Shown: in pieces, positions 9,845 to 21,183 of the stretch
How positions within the stretch are numbered: the first letter of the stretch is position 1
Layout of the letters: every line of letters begins with the position of its first letter
NCBI GenBank assembly: GCA_963788655.1
Contig: CAWBHS010000101.1
Span: 12,163 to 76,162 of the forward strand
DNA from: an uncultured Verrucomicrobiae bacterium
GTDB lineage: Bacteria > Verrucomicrobiota > Verrucomicrobiia > Limisphaerales > JAFGQR01
DNA: 64,000 bases
Direction: 5' to 3'
The notes under the pieces: model-generated
Told to the model about the DNA's origin: nothing
Database searches by the model: none
Seen by the model: the letters and a program-made list of their open reading frames with translations, nothing else
Position numbers and translations under genes: made by a program

Positions 9845-10222
9845 ATGCCAACATACGAATACATTTGCACGAAGTGCGACGAACAATTTGAAGTGTTTCA
9901 ATCGATTGCGGACAAGCCCTTGACGGTTTGCCCGAAGGACAAGTGCCGCCGGAAAACCTGGGGCAAGGGCAAGGTCAAAAAGCTCATCAGTGCCGGCGCC
10001 GGTTTACTCTTCAAAGGCAGCGGTTTTTATATTACCGACTACCGCAGCGAAGGCTACAAGAAAGCCGCCAGCCAGGAAGCGGCTTCCAGCAAACCCGCCG
10101 ACGGGGATGGCGGTAAATCCAAATCCTCCGGCAGCGACAGCAAACCCGCCAGTGGCAAGGCGGACAGCTCGTCAAGTAGCGCATCCACCCAAAAGCCCGC
10201 GGCCACTTCCAAGAGCAGTTGA
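9845..10222 (+). CDS. FmdB-family zinc-ribbon protein
   Basis: MPTYEYICTKC...CP..C...FKGSGFYITDY with a Ser/Lys-rich tail. Confidence 0.9.
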   Translation: MPTYEYICTKCDEQFEVFQSIADKPLTVCPKDKCRRKTWGKGKVKKLISAGAGLLFKGSGFYITDYRSEGYKKAASQEAASSKPADGDGGKSKSSGSDSKPASGKADSSSSSASTQKPAATSKSS

Positions 10223-10234
10223 CTTCGCCGCGTT

Positions 10235-11527
10235 GTGAAACCGCCGATCCCATTGACACCGCTTTGGTTGGGGCTTTGCCTAACGGGGGCGATCTGGTCG
10301 GTGAAGGCGGCGGATCCGCTGGTTATCCGGAGCCAGTCCGGTCAGTTCCTGGTGCGGGGGTTGCCGGTCGGTTGGTCCCGCGGCATGGCGTCAACCAATT
10401 CCTCGAAAGAATGGGTGCGGCTCGATCCGTCCGTATTGGCGGTCTCCGCGGAGCGCGTCAAACAAACGATGCTCACTGGTCTGGGATTGTCCGACCAATG
10501 GCACGGCACCATCAGCATGATCCTGCACTCGGTGGTTGCCGACAATGAGCCGATTCGCGTCACGTCTCTCCGTTCCCGTGACGGTTGGAATTTCCGGGTC
10601 GAATTGCCCGAAGTCGCGCCCAAGCAGCGGGTGTTGAAAACCATCACGCAGGTCCTGCTGATGGAGATGGCGAATCGCCGCAGCGGCGAACGGCCGGCGG
10701 AACTGCCGCCCTGGCTGGGCGAAGGACTGCTCGCTCATTGGCAGGCGACCTCGCTCGCCACGTTGACGTTGGAGCCGCTTACTGGCATTGACGTTCAGGG
10801 GCAGCGTCGCGATCCGTTCGCGGAAGTGCGGGAATGTCTGCGGACCAACACCCCTTTGACTCTGGACGAATTGAACTGGCCCACCGCGGAACAACGGTAC
10901 GGCACTAATGCCATGGTTTATCGAAGCTGCGCCCATTTGTTCGTCTATGAATTGCTCAATTTGCAGCAGGGCCCGGCTTGCCTCCGGGATATGCTTGCCC
11001 GGCTGCACCAGTACCGGAATTGGCAAACCGCCTTTCTGCGCGCTTTTGAACCGTGCTTCAAGAGTCTCTTGGAAGTGGACAAATGGTGGGCCTTGAACGT
11101 GGTCAACCTGACCGGCAAAGATCCATTTTCACTCTGGCCTGAAGCGGAAAGCCAGGCGCGCCTTGAGGACTGCCTGCTGACCACGGTGGACGTCCGCACC
11201 AATTCCAAGGAACTACCGCTTTCGACCGACGTGCGGTTGCAGCAGGTGATTTCCCAATGGGAGCCCGCCCGCCAAGCGCCGGTGCTCCGGCATATCCTGA
11301 ACCAACTCCAGGCCCTGCGTCCCCGCGTCGTGCCGGAAGTGGCCGGGTTGATCGATCAGTATTATGTCGTGCTCGACAAATATCTGCGCGCCCTGGCTCC
11401 CGACCGCTCCAAGAACGATGGTCGAATCAAGGACACCGTCAAAGCGCTGGAGGTCTTGGATGCCACCCGGGAGCAAATGCGCGGTGCCGCGAGTTTTAGT
11501 CAGGCCAACGCGTTTGAATCACGCTGA
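10235..11527 (+). CDS. Hypothetical secreted protein
   Basis: 430-aa ORF with signal peptide and LPPWLGEGL motif. Confidence 0.7.
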   Translation: MKPPIPLTPLWLGLCLTGAIWSVKAADPLVIRSQSGQFLVRGLPVGWSRGMASTNSSKEWVRLDPSVLAVSAERVKQTMLTGLGLSDQWHGTISMILHSVVADNEPIRVTSLRSRDGWNFRVELPEVAPKQRVLKTITQVLLMEMANRRSGERPAELPPWLGEGLLAHWQATSLATLTLEPLTGIDVQGQRRDPFAEVRECLRTNTPLTLDELNWPTAEQRYGTNAMVYRSCAHLFVYELLNLQQGPACLRDMLARLHQYRNWQTAFLRAFEPCFKSLLEVDKWWALNVVNLTGKDPFSLWPEAESQARLEDCLLTTVDVRTNSKELPLSTDVRLQQVISQWEPARQAPVLRHILNQLQALRPRVVPEVAGLIDQYYVVLDKYLRALAPDRSKNDGRIKDTVKALEVLDATREQMRGAASFSQANAFESR

Positions 11528-11541
11528 GTCAGCCCGCCTCC

Positions 11542-11569
11542 TTGACACGCCAACGGACCCCTTTATAGT
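11542..11569 (+). promoter_or_regulatory. Sigma70-type promoter TTGACA-N16-TATAGT
   Basis: Near-consensus hexamers ending 10 nt before the ATG at 11580. Confidence 0.7.
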
Positions 11570-11579
11570 TATCCTAACA

Positions 11580-12819
11580 ATGTCTAAAAGGACTTTAGTC
11601 GGTGAAAATGGATCGGCCACGAATAGTGAAAAGCTTAACGAATTCAAACAGTTCCATCCTGCCGGACGCGGCTTTTGGAGCCAGACGCCGGCGTCGGATT
11701 GGAATAGTTGGCAGTGGCAACTTAAACATCGTATCACCACCCTGGCGCAGCTTGAGAAATTGATGCCCACCCTGACGCCGGAGGAATACGCCGGCACGCA
11801 ACTGGCCAATACCAAGCTCGCGCTGGCCATCACGCCGTACTTCTTCAACCTGATCGATCCGGCGGACGAGAATTGCCCCATCCGCCGCCAGGTCATTCCG
11901 CGGTTGGAGGAAACCCATACCGCCCCCTGGGAAATGAGCGATCCGTGCGGCGAGGACTCCCATTCGCCCGTGCCGGGTCTGGTGCATCGCTATCCCGACC
12001 GCGTGCTGTTTCTGGTCACCGACCGCTGCGCGGCGTACTGCCGGTATTGCACCCGGTCGCGTTTGGTCAGCAACGCCACCGGCTACGATTTCCATCCGGA
12101 GTTCGACCGGCAGATCGACTACATCGCCCGGACCCCCGCCGTCCGCGATGTGTTGCTTAGTGGCGGCGATCCGTTGTTGTTCAGCGATGAAAAGCTCGAG
12201 TATCTGCTCAGCCGGTTGCGCGCGATTCCGCACGTGGAATTCGTCCGCATCGGCTCGCGCATTCCGGTGTTTCTGCCGCAGCGCATCACGCCGGAATTGT
12301 GCGACATGCTGAAGCAGTTTCATCCGCTGTTCATCAGCATCCACTCGAATCATCCCCGCGAACTGACCACGGAAGTGCGTGACGCGCTGGGCCGCCTGGC
12401 CGACGCCGGCATTCCGCTTGGGCAACCAGTCGGTGTTGCTGAAACACGTAAACGACGATCTCAAGGTGATGAAGGCCCACGTGCAAAAGCTCCTGATGTG
12501 CCGGGTGCGGCCGTACTACATTTATCAGTGCGACCTCATCGCCGGCTCGGCGCATTTGCGCGCCAGCGTGCGCAAGGGACTCGAAATCATGGAGGGCTTG
12601 CGCGGCCACACGACCGGTTACGCCGTGCCGCAATACGTGATCGATGCGCCCGGCGGCGGCGGCAAGGTGCCCATCACGCCCGAGTACGTGCTCAGCCGAA
12701 ATGCGGACCGAATCGTATTCCGCAACTTCGAAGGCCGCATTTTCGAATACCCGGAAGCCGATGATGGCACCGTGACGGTGGAACCGCCTGGTGAATTCAA
12801 GGAAGCGGAGTTGGTGTGA
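11580..12819 (+). CDS. kamA: KamA-family radical SAM protein (lysine 2,3-aminomutase/EpmB-like); 1-bp frameshift near 12420
   Basis: HRYPDRVL, CAAYCRYCTR, LLSGGDP, then NQSVLL...VRPYY...DAPGGGGKVP in the shifted frame. Confidence 0.9.
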
Positions 12820-12837
12820 GCGAAATGCGAGTCACTT

Positions 12838-12892
12838 TCAGCTCTCGGACTTCCGATTGCTTTCGGATTTCGACCTTCGGCCTTCGGGTTTA
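12838..12892. repeat. Degenerate TTCGG-rich short-period repeat
   Basis: TTCGGATTTCGACCTTCGGCCTTCGGGTTT; similar tract at 36109-36170. Confidence 0.55.
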
Positions 12893-12973
12893 GAGCAGCC
12901 CTGACTTTTCGCCGCGTTCTCCGTTCACCGCTTGCCAAAGCGTTGCAAACTGTGTAGGGACTTAGGTCAGATT

Positions 12974-13585
12974 ATGGTTGTTGCTGAACCCGTTCATCGA
13001 CTTAGTGAATCCGAGTATTTGAAAAAGGAACGTCGCACCGAAACAAAGTGCGAGTTCTTCGAGGGGGAAGTATTTGCCATGGGGGGCGGATCGTTGGAGC
13101 ACAGTTTGATTGCGACGAACCTGGTGCGATTGGTTGGCAACCAACTGGAAGGCAAGCCCTGCGTTCCGTTCAACAGTGACCTTCGCATCAAGGTGGAAGC
13201 TACCGGCCTGTTGACTTACCCGGACTTGTCCATTGTCTGCGGCCCACCGAAATTCGCGGACGATGAACGGGACACCATCCTCAATCCTACGGTCTTGGTC
13301 GAGGTGCTCTCCGATTCCACCGAAGCTTATGACCGGGGAAAGAAATTCGAAAATTACCGGCGAATGGCCTCATTGCAGGAATACTTGTTGGTGAGTCAAA
13401 AGGAGCCCCGAATCGAGCAATTCATCCGCCAGCCCAATGGCGAGTGGTTGCTCCGGGAGGCAGTAGGCAAGGAGGTCAGGCTGGAGCTGCCTTCGCTCAA
13501 CATAACGATGCTCCTCGCAGAGGTGTATGCCCGCGTGGAGTTCACCCGAACCCCGTTGCGCACGCAAAAACCGTCGCCGAACTGA
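12974..13585 (+). CDS. Uma2-family endonuclease-fold protein
   Basis: GEVFAMGGGS..H, YPDLSIVC, VEVLSDSTEAYDRGKKF, EYLLVSQ. Confidence 0.92.
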   Translation: MVVAEPVHRLSESEYLKKERRTETKCEFFEGEVFAMGGGSLEHSLIATNLVRLVGNQLEGKPCVPFNSDLRIKVEATGLLTYPDLSIVCGPPKFADDERDTILNPTVLVEVLSDSTEAYDRGKKFENYRRMASLQEYLLVSQKEPRIEQFIRQPNGEWLLREAVGKEVRLELPSLNITMLLAEVYARVEFTRTPLRTQKPSPN

Positions 13586-13607
13586 GGCGGCGTCCAGGCC
13601 ACATCCC

Positions 13608-14264
13608 ATGCCTCGCGAAAGCCATGCGGCCAAAATCGCCCGCCTCCGCCAGCTCATTGCCGCCTTGGAGCGCACTTACCCGGACGCACATTGTGAACTG
13701 GATCATCACTCGCCACTCGAATTGTTGGTCGCCACCATTTTGTCCGCCCAATGCACCGACAAGCAGGTGAACCTCGTGACCGCCAGTCTTTTTCAGCAAT
13801 ACCGGTCCGCCGCGGATTACGCGAATACCAGGCCGGAGGAACTGTCCACGGCCATCCGGCGCCTTGGCCTCTTTCGCAATAAAGCGAAGAACATCCAGGC
13901 TGCCTGCCGCGCACTGATCGAGCGCCACGAAGGCCAGGTGCCGCGGACCATGGAGGAATTGACAGCGTTGGATGGCGTTGGCCGCAAAACCGCCAACGTG
14001 GTGTTGGGGAACGCCTACGACACTAACGTCGGCGTGGTGGTGGACACGCACGTGGCACGCTTGGCTGGCCGACTGGGGCTGACCCAGGAGAAAACGCCGG
14101 AGAAAATCGAACGTGACCTGATGAAGTTCGTGCCGCAGGCCCAATGGACGATGTTCAGCCATTGGCTGATATGGCATGGCCGGCAGCGCTGTTACGCGCG
14201 CAAACCGGATTGCTCGCATTGCGAGCTGCGTAAATTGTGTCCCCAAATCGGAGTTGCCCCTTGA
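13608..14264 (+). CDS. nth: Endonuclease III
   Basis: LSAQCTD, HhH GVGRKTANVV, VDTHV, C-x6-C-x2-C-x5-C FeS motif. Confidence 0.96.
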   Translation: MPRESHAAKIARLRQLIAALERTYPDAHCELDHHSPLELLVATILSAQCTDKQVNLVTASLFQQYRSAADYANTRPEELSTAIRRLGLFRNKAKNIQAACRALIERHEGQVPRTMEELTALDGVGRKTANVVLGNAYDTNVGVVVDTHVARLAGRLGLTQEKTPEKIERDLMKFVPQAQWTMFSHWLIWHGRQRCYARKPDCSHCELRKLCPQIGVAP

Positions 14265-14971
14265 TGATAGACACGAATGGAACGGCCCCAACTGAGCCCT
14301 GGCTTTTGCTCCAATCCGGCGAAGGCGCCAGCGCCTTCAACATGGCGCTGGACGAGGCCTTGATGGAGGCTTCGGCCAACTTGGGACATCCGGTCTTGCG
14401 ATTGTATGGCTGGCAGGAACCAGCGGCCACGTTTGGGTATTTCCAAAAATACTCCGAGGTCGCGGCAATGACTCCCTTGCGCCCGCTGATCCGCCGGCCC
14501 ACCGGCGGTGGGCTGGTACCGCACGATGCGGATTGGACCTATAGCCTGGTTTTCCCTCCCGCCCATTCCTGGTATGCGCTACGGGCAGTCGAAAGCTATC
14601 AGCGTCTCCACGACTGGCTGCGGGAATCGTTTACCCCGCTGGGGGCGGTGACCTCCCTGGCGCCAGCCCGCCGGGAGGAGCTGCCCGGCCAGTGTTTTGC
14701 CGGCGCGGAACAATTCGATTTGCTCTGTGACGACCGCAAGATTGCCGGCGCCGCGCAACGTCGCAACCGGGCGGGTTTGCTGATCCAAGGCTCGGTGCAA
14801 CCGCCCGCCGGGCTCCAGCGGACCACTTGGGAAAGTGCCTTGTGCGCCGCAGCCACGCACAATTGGGACGTGACTTGGATTCCGTTTGCGCCGGACCCCA
14901 AGCTGGCGGCTCGCGCCTCGATGCTGGCCGCCGAGAAATATTCCACTCCCGAATACAATCACCGACGTTGA
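14264..14971 (+). CDS. Lipoate-protein ligase/octanoyltransferase (LplA/LipM family)
   Basis: NMALDEAL, RRPTGGG..H, KIAGAAQ..QGS; overlaps the nth stop. Confidence 0.88.
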   Translation: MIDTNGTAPTEPWLLLQSGEGASAFNMALDEALMEASANLGHPVLRLYGWQEPAATFGYFQKYSEVAAMTPLRPLIRRPTGGGLVPHDADWTYSLVFPPAHSWYALRAVESYQRLHDWLRESFTPLGAVTSLAPARREELPGQCFAGAEQFDLLCDDRKIAGAAQRRNRAGLLIQGSVQPPAGLQRTTWESALCAAATHNWDVTWIPFAPDPKLAARASMLAAEKYSTPEYNHRR

Positions 14972-15028
14972 CCCCCCCACCCCCAATCGGTGGCTTGTGC
15001 CGCAGGGCATTTTGGTTATGTTGCCCGC

Positions 15029-16120
15029 ATGATTTACGATGCGTCGTTTGACGATCTGCTGCAGAAAGTGTGGGACGGTGGGCGGATCGATGCCGCCGAA
15101 GCCCTTCGCCTTTACCAGTTGCCCATCGAGGAACTGGGCGCGCTCGCCCATCGCCGCCGGCAATTGACCAAGGCCGACGCCTACGATGGCCGCGGTAACG
15201 AGGTCGTCACCTACATCGTGGACCGCAACGTCAATTACACCAACGTCTGCAATGTCTATTGCAAATTCTGCGCGTTCTATCGCACGGAAAAGGATGCCGA
15301 CGCCTACGTCATTACCCACGAAGAAATGGACCGCAAAATCGAGGAAACCGTCGCGCAAGGCGGCACCCAAATTCTGCTCCAGGGCGGGCATCACCCGAAA
15401 CTTTCACTCCAGTGGTATCTCGATTTGCTGGCCCATATCAAAGAGACGTTTCCACAGGTCAACATCCACGGATTCAGCCCGAGTGAATTCAATCATTTCC
15501 GTGAAGTATTTAATTTACCGTTGGAAGACATCATCCGGCAGTTCGTGCAGGCGGGACTCGGTTCCATTCCCGGTGGCGGCGGGGAGATTCTCGTGGATCG
15601 CGTCCGCCAGCGCGTCTCCCCACTCAAAGCGATGAGCGACGACTGGCTCGAAGTGATGGACGTTGCCCATCGCCTGGGCTTGAGCACCACCGCCACGATG
15701 ATGTTCGGCCACGTGGAAACAATCGAAGACCGGATCGAACACCTCGAACGCCTGCGGGTGCAGCAGGTCAAATCGAAGGGATTCACCGCCTTCATCGCCT
15801 GGACCTTTCAGCCGGAAAATACCAAGCTCAAAGCCCCAACGGTGGGGGCGCACGATTACCTGCGCACCCAGGCGCTGGCGCGTATTTATCTCGACAATTT
15901 CCCGAACGTCCAAAGCTCCTGGGTAACCCAAGGCCCGGAGATCGGCCAGATTGCCCTCCAGTATGGCGCCAATGATTTGGGCAGCATCATGATCGAGGAG
16001 AACGTGGTCAGTCAGGCCGGCGCCAGCTTCCGCATGAGCGTGGCCGATATGCACCGTCTCATCCGCGACCTCGGCTACGAACCGCGACAACGCGACAACT
16101 GGTATCAGTTGGTGAATTGA
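15029..16120 (+). CDS. mqnC: Cyclic dehypoxanthinyl futalosine synthase
   Basis: DRNVNYTNVCNVYCKFCAF, GGGGEIL, ATMMFGH, QSSWVTQG, GANDLGSIMIEENVV. Confidence 0.92.
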   Translation: MIYDASFDDLLQKVWDGGRIDAAEALRLYQLPIEELGALAHRRRQLTKADAYDGRGNEVVTYIVDRNVNYTNVCNVYCKFCAFYRTEKDADAYVITHEEMDRKIEETVAQGGTQILLQGGHHPKLSLQWYLDLLAHIKETFPQVNIHGFSPSEFNHFREVFNLPLEDIIRQFVQAGLGSIPGGGGEILVDRVRQRVSPLKAMSDDWLEVMDVAHRLGLSTTATMMFGHVETIEDRIEHLERLRVQQVKSKGFTAFIAWTFQPENTKLKAPTVGAHDYLRTQALARIYLDNFPNVQSSWVTQGPEIGQIALQYGANDLGSIMIEENVVSQAGASFRMSVADMHRLIRDLGYEPRQRDNWYQLVN

Positions 16121-16143
16121 TCAGCGGCATCGGTACATGAGAA

Positions 16144-16167
16144 CGCGCGGACAAGACTGTCCGCGCG
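16144..16167. terminator. Perfect 10-bp GC hairpin between convergent genes (REP-like, possible terminator)
   Basis: CGCGCGGACA-AGAC-TGTCCGCGCG. Confidence 0.55.
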
Positions 16168-16186
16168 CCATATAGAATAACCGCGT

Positions 16187-19100
16187 CTAAGGAGTTTGGA
16201 CGCCCAGCGAGGCGCCATGTTCGCCAATAAAGCCGACCAAGCGGACGGCGCCAAACTGGTCGCCCAACGCCAGCACCTGGGAGCACGAGGTATGGATACT
16301 CACGGATTGCAGGAGGTTGCCGATCTCGTCAGAGATGTGCAGGTAAATCGTGGATGGGAAGGTATTTTTGGACGGCCTGGAATCAATGAAGAACGTGTAA
16401 CCCTCTTCGACTGGCAGGCCGGACGTGGAAAAGATCTTTGCATCGCTCTTGTCCGGATTGCTGTTATCCGTGGCAAGGATGGTGACGGGAGAATTGTTGA
16501 TGTTGCCGCCAAACAGAACCTGGGCTTTGCCATCCTGGGAATTGCTGACGGTTTCACCGCCCGTGTATTCAAGGATCAAAACCTGCGGTTTTTCGCCCGA
16601 TGAGCAGACATCAATGGGAGGCAGAACCGCCTGGTAACAAGCGGTGTCGCTGACTGGGTCCACGACGCTGGTAACTACCGTCGCCACGTTGCAATAGCTT
16701 CCTTCAGCTTCGACGACATCGGTAACCTGGTAGAGCCATTTTTCTGCCGTATCCAAAATGTTGTTTTGATTAAGATCGCCAACATTGAAGCCGTCATTAT
16801 CAACCACCGCGGCCGGCTCAAAGTCGTCACCCAGGTCGTTGGGTGTGTAATTGTCATCCAACACCATCACCGCATCGACCGGCTCGCTGCCAGGATTGCT
16901 GACGACGTATGTAAACAGGATCTCGGTGCCAAGTTCGAAGATCGGGGCTTGCGCCGCATTGGCGATGGAAACTCCCAACTCACTATTTCCCTGCGGCTCC
17001 AGCATTGCGCTGCCGCTCTGGCCCACCACGCCCACCAGCGTCACGCCACCGGTTATGTCTCCCAGCACGATGGGTGTCGAACACGAGGCATGATATTTAA
17101 CGGTCTGAAGCAGCACCGTCCCGTCTTCACTGAAGAGGTGGATATAGGTGCCGGCGGGAAATTCGCTCCGCCCCCCGTTGATGCTCTTGGCCGTGAATTC
17201 ACCGTTAAGATCGACCGGTGTCAAACTCATGAATATTTTGGCGTCGCCTTTGGCGGCATCCGCATTGTCGGTCACCAGAACTTGAACATGCAGCGCGTCC
17301 TCGGGATCACCGGTTACGCTGTATTTGTCCGGCGCCTGGTGGGTCATGGTTGCGTCGGGACCACCACCGGTGTAACGGAATGTCAATTCGGTCGGCTTGC
17401 CCACTTCAGCGCAGAGTTCCTGATCGCTGACCGGCAGCCCCACCGCCTTGACGAACTTCTCGAGATGAACAGCGGGGCCCTCCACCGCGCCGAAGTGATG
17501 GCTGGGATCCTGGTCAATGACGGTGCGCCCATCTTCGGTCTTGCCGCTGACGACGCCCAGATTGCGCATATTGCCCGGGCGTCACTAATGGCCTTCGGAG
17601 TAAAGCCAACTTTCTTGCAGATCCAAAACGTCATCTTGTTGAGATCCCCAACATTGAAGACCTCCGAACCATTCGACGGCGATTGCCTCTGGAGAAAAAT
17701 CGTCGCCGGTTTCATTCGGCGTCCCGTTATCATCTACGACCACAATGTTGGTGAGCGGCACACTGCCAAAGTTGCGCACCTGATAGCTAAAGATGGCAAC
17801 GCCGCCGACAGGAATAACCGGCCCAGTGGGCGTGTCCGCGTCCTCACCATTGGTGGCCTTCTCGATATCAATTGCCGCTTTGGGCGGTTGAATGTCAGGC
17901 AGAAGGCATTGGGTGACCGATTTATCACCACTGTAGGAGCCCGTGTAGTTCGAGCCGCCGTCCACCGCGCGCGCCACCGATCACGTAATTCTTTGTAATT
18001 CTCCGGCGTGCCCGCGTGGTCGGAATTGAGGTAGAGGCTACGCTTGTCGTCGTCCACGGGCTTGATTTCCAGATCCTCGAGGTCCGTGGCAAAGGACGAG
18101 TAAACGGCCGCGGCCCATTTCCACTTGCCGGTCACGCCAGGTTGATCGGTTGAGAAATGCCCGGTCCATTCCACGTCCTTGATCCCTCCCGGCAGGCCAC
18201 CAGTGGGTACCGTAAAAGCCACTCCCGTAAGGAACACCTTGCCTTTGAGGCTCGAAGCAGGAATTTCCGTAATCCAAGCTTGAACGGCGGGATTATAGAC
18301 CGTCGTAGCCACGGTGGTTGCCGGCGAAATAGTGAGGATGGCCGCTGGCACCGTTCACAGTGTACAGCGATTCCGTCCAGCAGTGAAGGTGATCTGAGAC
18401 TCCTGGAAAACAATCTTCGTGACGGTATTCTTATCCACGTGATCGGGATCAATCACGCTATTGAACCAGATCGTTGTGCCGGCCGCCAATGGCCGTTCCG
18501 TTGAAGTCCGCGTCAATCGTGCTGTAGCCCTCCGGACAAGGGGTTAACGTGCCTGTGTAATGGCTGGGGTCGTTATCCTCGACCATTTGCCCGCCCGGAC
18601 TGGTGCCGGTGACCGTGCCCACGTTCATGTGCTGTCCCAGCACATTCACCGTAGCCGTGGCCGTGTAAAGCCATTGCTCACCCGGATCCAGCAGGTTGTC
18701 TTGGTCGAGGTCGCCCACGTTAAATCCACCGTTAAGGATGGGATCTGGAAGGTAATCATCAAACGGATTACCGGGAGTTTCGTTATCGTCCACGACCACA
18801 ACGTTCGATAGCGGCACCGATCCCGGATTGGTCACCACATAAGTCCACGTGACGTCATCACCGGCTTCGATATCCGGCCCGGGCGGCATATCCGCGTCAT
18901 CGCCAAAGCCCGCTGGGATGGCCGGAGGCAGCGATGCACTGCCGAGTTCGCCATCGACAGCAGTAAGGGTCACCCCGCCTGTGACATCGCCCAGGACGAT
19001 GGGGGCCGAACATGAGGTGTGGTACAGCACCGTCTGCAGGAGCGTGGTGCCCGCCGCATCAAAGATGTGGATGTAGGTTTTGGCCGGGAATCGGGACGAA

Positions 19101-19999
19101 CCCGCCAGGGCGCTGGTAGCGGTGAATTCGCCATTCAGGTTAACAATGCTCTTTGGATAAAACACCTTGACGCCGGTCCTGAAAGCGTCCGCATTGTCGG
19201 TGACCAGGATTTGTACGATGGGAGCGTCGTTGGGATCGCCAGTAACACTATATTTGCCTGCCTGCTGGTGCGTATCTGTAGCATCCGGACCGCCGCCGGT
19301 GTAGCGGAAGGTGAGCGAGATGGGTTTGCCGATGGTCGCACATAGTTCCTCACCGCTCGTTTGTGACGCTGACGCTTTAACATATTTTTCTATGTGGATG
19401 ACCGGGAGTCTGTAAGGGTTGCGCGGTGGTGCCGACAAAACCCTTCACTATGTTGCAATTAAAGTCCCCGCCAAAGCCACCATTGAAGGTTGAGTCGGAG
19501 CTTGCGGCTGTGATCCCGATGTAATCTTGATCAAAAAGGGAAGCAATGGCCAATTGCCCCCAGACATTCGCAACTACGAAATCGAATTCATCATAATAGG
19601 TATTTTCGATGGTACTAACAACATCGTTTTCAAAGCCAAACTGGACCACGTCTCCTGACAGCAGCGGATCGCTGCTGCTGGTGCTTGTATAAGTCGTTCC
19701 GTCGATGGTGATTTCTCCGACCAGAAAAAAACTCCCATTCACCAGGTTTCCGTCCTCGTCAACCGTTGCGTGAATTGTGAACTTACTTTGAGGGTCTTCT
19801 GTCTTGAATAGATTTATGAAATCTATTGAATATGGATACCCGTAAATGGTGAAATCCTTCTCGCTGGCCTCGTAAGTGATGTTGCCGGGTTCATAGTCAA
19901 TCTGTGGGAACGGGTTAAGCGCAACATTCAGCAAGGCCGCCGAGGCATTCAGAGCAAGTAACGTTAGCGAAATAAACCCGGGAAAAGTTTCGATTTCAT
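16187..19999 (-). CDS. Large secreted modular surface protein (~1270 aa, several frameshifts) with DUF11/DUF7507-like Ig repeats and three 'HxSCS' domains
   Basis: Abutting minus-strand ORFs 19377-19934, 18458-19438, 17734-18351, 17585-17977 and 16187-17569 share repeat types. Signal MKSKL/FPGFISLTLLALNASA is reconstructed across a 1-bp shift near 19985. Confidence 0.8.
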
Positions 20000-20140
20000 A
20001 AATTTTATTTCCGATTTGATAAATGACCTCCCTGAAACCAGTTAATGGTATAATACGATAATCTGCTAGCTTAATTTAGTTTTGCTGCAAATAGACTTTG
20101 GGATTTCCCCAGCACCTCTGGGTAAACCCCTCCGTAAAAT

Positions 20141-20822
20141 TTAACAGACTCGCGGACCACCATCTTGACGTCGAATACGATGAAGCCGTCCTGGCAACAA
20201 CCCTAAGCTACACAGTGCCAACAAACTGATTCCCAACAATACCACCGTTGATGAGTGTTCTGGCACCGACGCACCGTGTGTATCTGCTTGAATGGGCGTA
20301 GCACTGGCGAAACTGGCGCCGAACAGTGTGGTGGGAAGAGTAAAGCGGAGGAGTGTTCCTACATGCTCACCGAAAAGTCCCGCAGCACTTCCACCATCCA
20401 CCGTAAACAGAAATTGCAACGGCATTGCACCGCTGCTGTTAAAGCCGAAATCGGCTAAGGTGCCATCAAGTAGCAAGCCGGAATAAGTTGAAAAACTTCC
20501 GTAGACCTTGAGACTCCCGCTTGTCGCATGGCCCGCCCCATCGATATTAGCGGAAATAGCAATGGTGCCTGACGAGATATTTTCATAAGCGCCGGAAGTG
20601 GTACGTAACCCTGGCTGCAATCCCGTTGGCTGTGAATTGATCGTTACCTTCATCGTACGTAATGCTACCAGACGTAAATGGCGTGTAAAGATCAGGGTAG
20701 GTTTGAAGCGTCAGATTCAGCGGGGTGGCTGAAGCAAAAAAACCACTTCCTAACAACAGAAAAAGCGCCCCTGGAATTGCCGAAATCCTGCTCCTGGCAA
20801 TTGATAGGGCATTATTCTTCAT
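20141..20822 (-). CDS. PEP-CTERM/VPDSG-CTERM-type sorted protein (frameshift near 20600)
   Basis: Signal peptide in 20583..20822; C-terminal VPEHSST, hydrophobic helix and RLHRIRR. Confidence 0.82.
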
Positions 20823-21183
20823 GACAAGTTGTTTTGTTTCAAAATCGGATTACGAACTGAGTTTGCTCCAGCGTCCTTGCAATGAGCCACGGAAAATACA
20901 CCATGTCCTGTGCCTTTTCAAATGAATCGGTAAAGTGTATTGGGGCAACATCGGTAAGTTGTTTGTTATGAGGATAATAAAGCTTAACCTTCAGTAGTCA
21001 ATATTCTTTCTTCAGCACACCGATAACAACAGAATGTAAAGCCTGCTGACGACGCAGGTTCACGTTGGCGGGTGTTAGCCGTTCATCCGCAGAGCCTTAA
21101 GCAAGAAGTCGTTTCTCTAATGAAACCCTACACTTTTCAGTTTTCCACCATCTGCAATCCCCCCGGTCAGGCTTCAAACGAGG

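Noticed and set aside
12974..13585. Uma2 protein as part of a defence system
   Set aside because: Stand-alone member of a commonly expanded family with no partner genes nearby.
20823..21180. Sigma54 promoter expected for PEP-CTERM genes (also checked 24440-24800)
   Set aside because: The TGGC/TTGC candidates do not have the required GG-N10-GC spacing.
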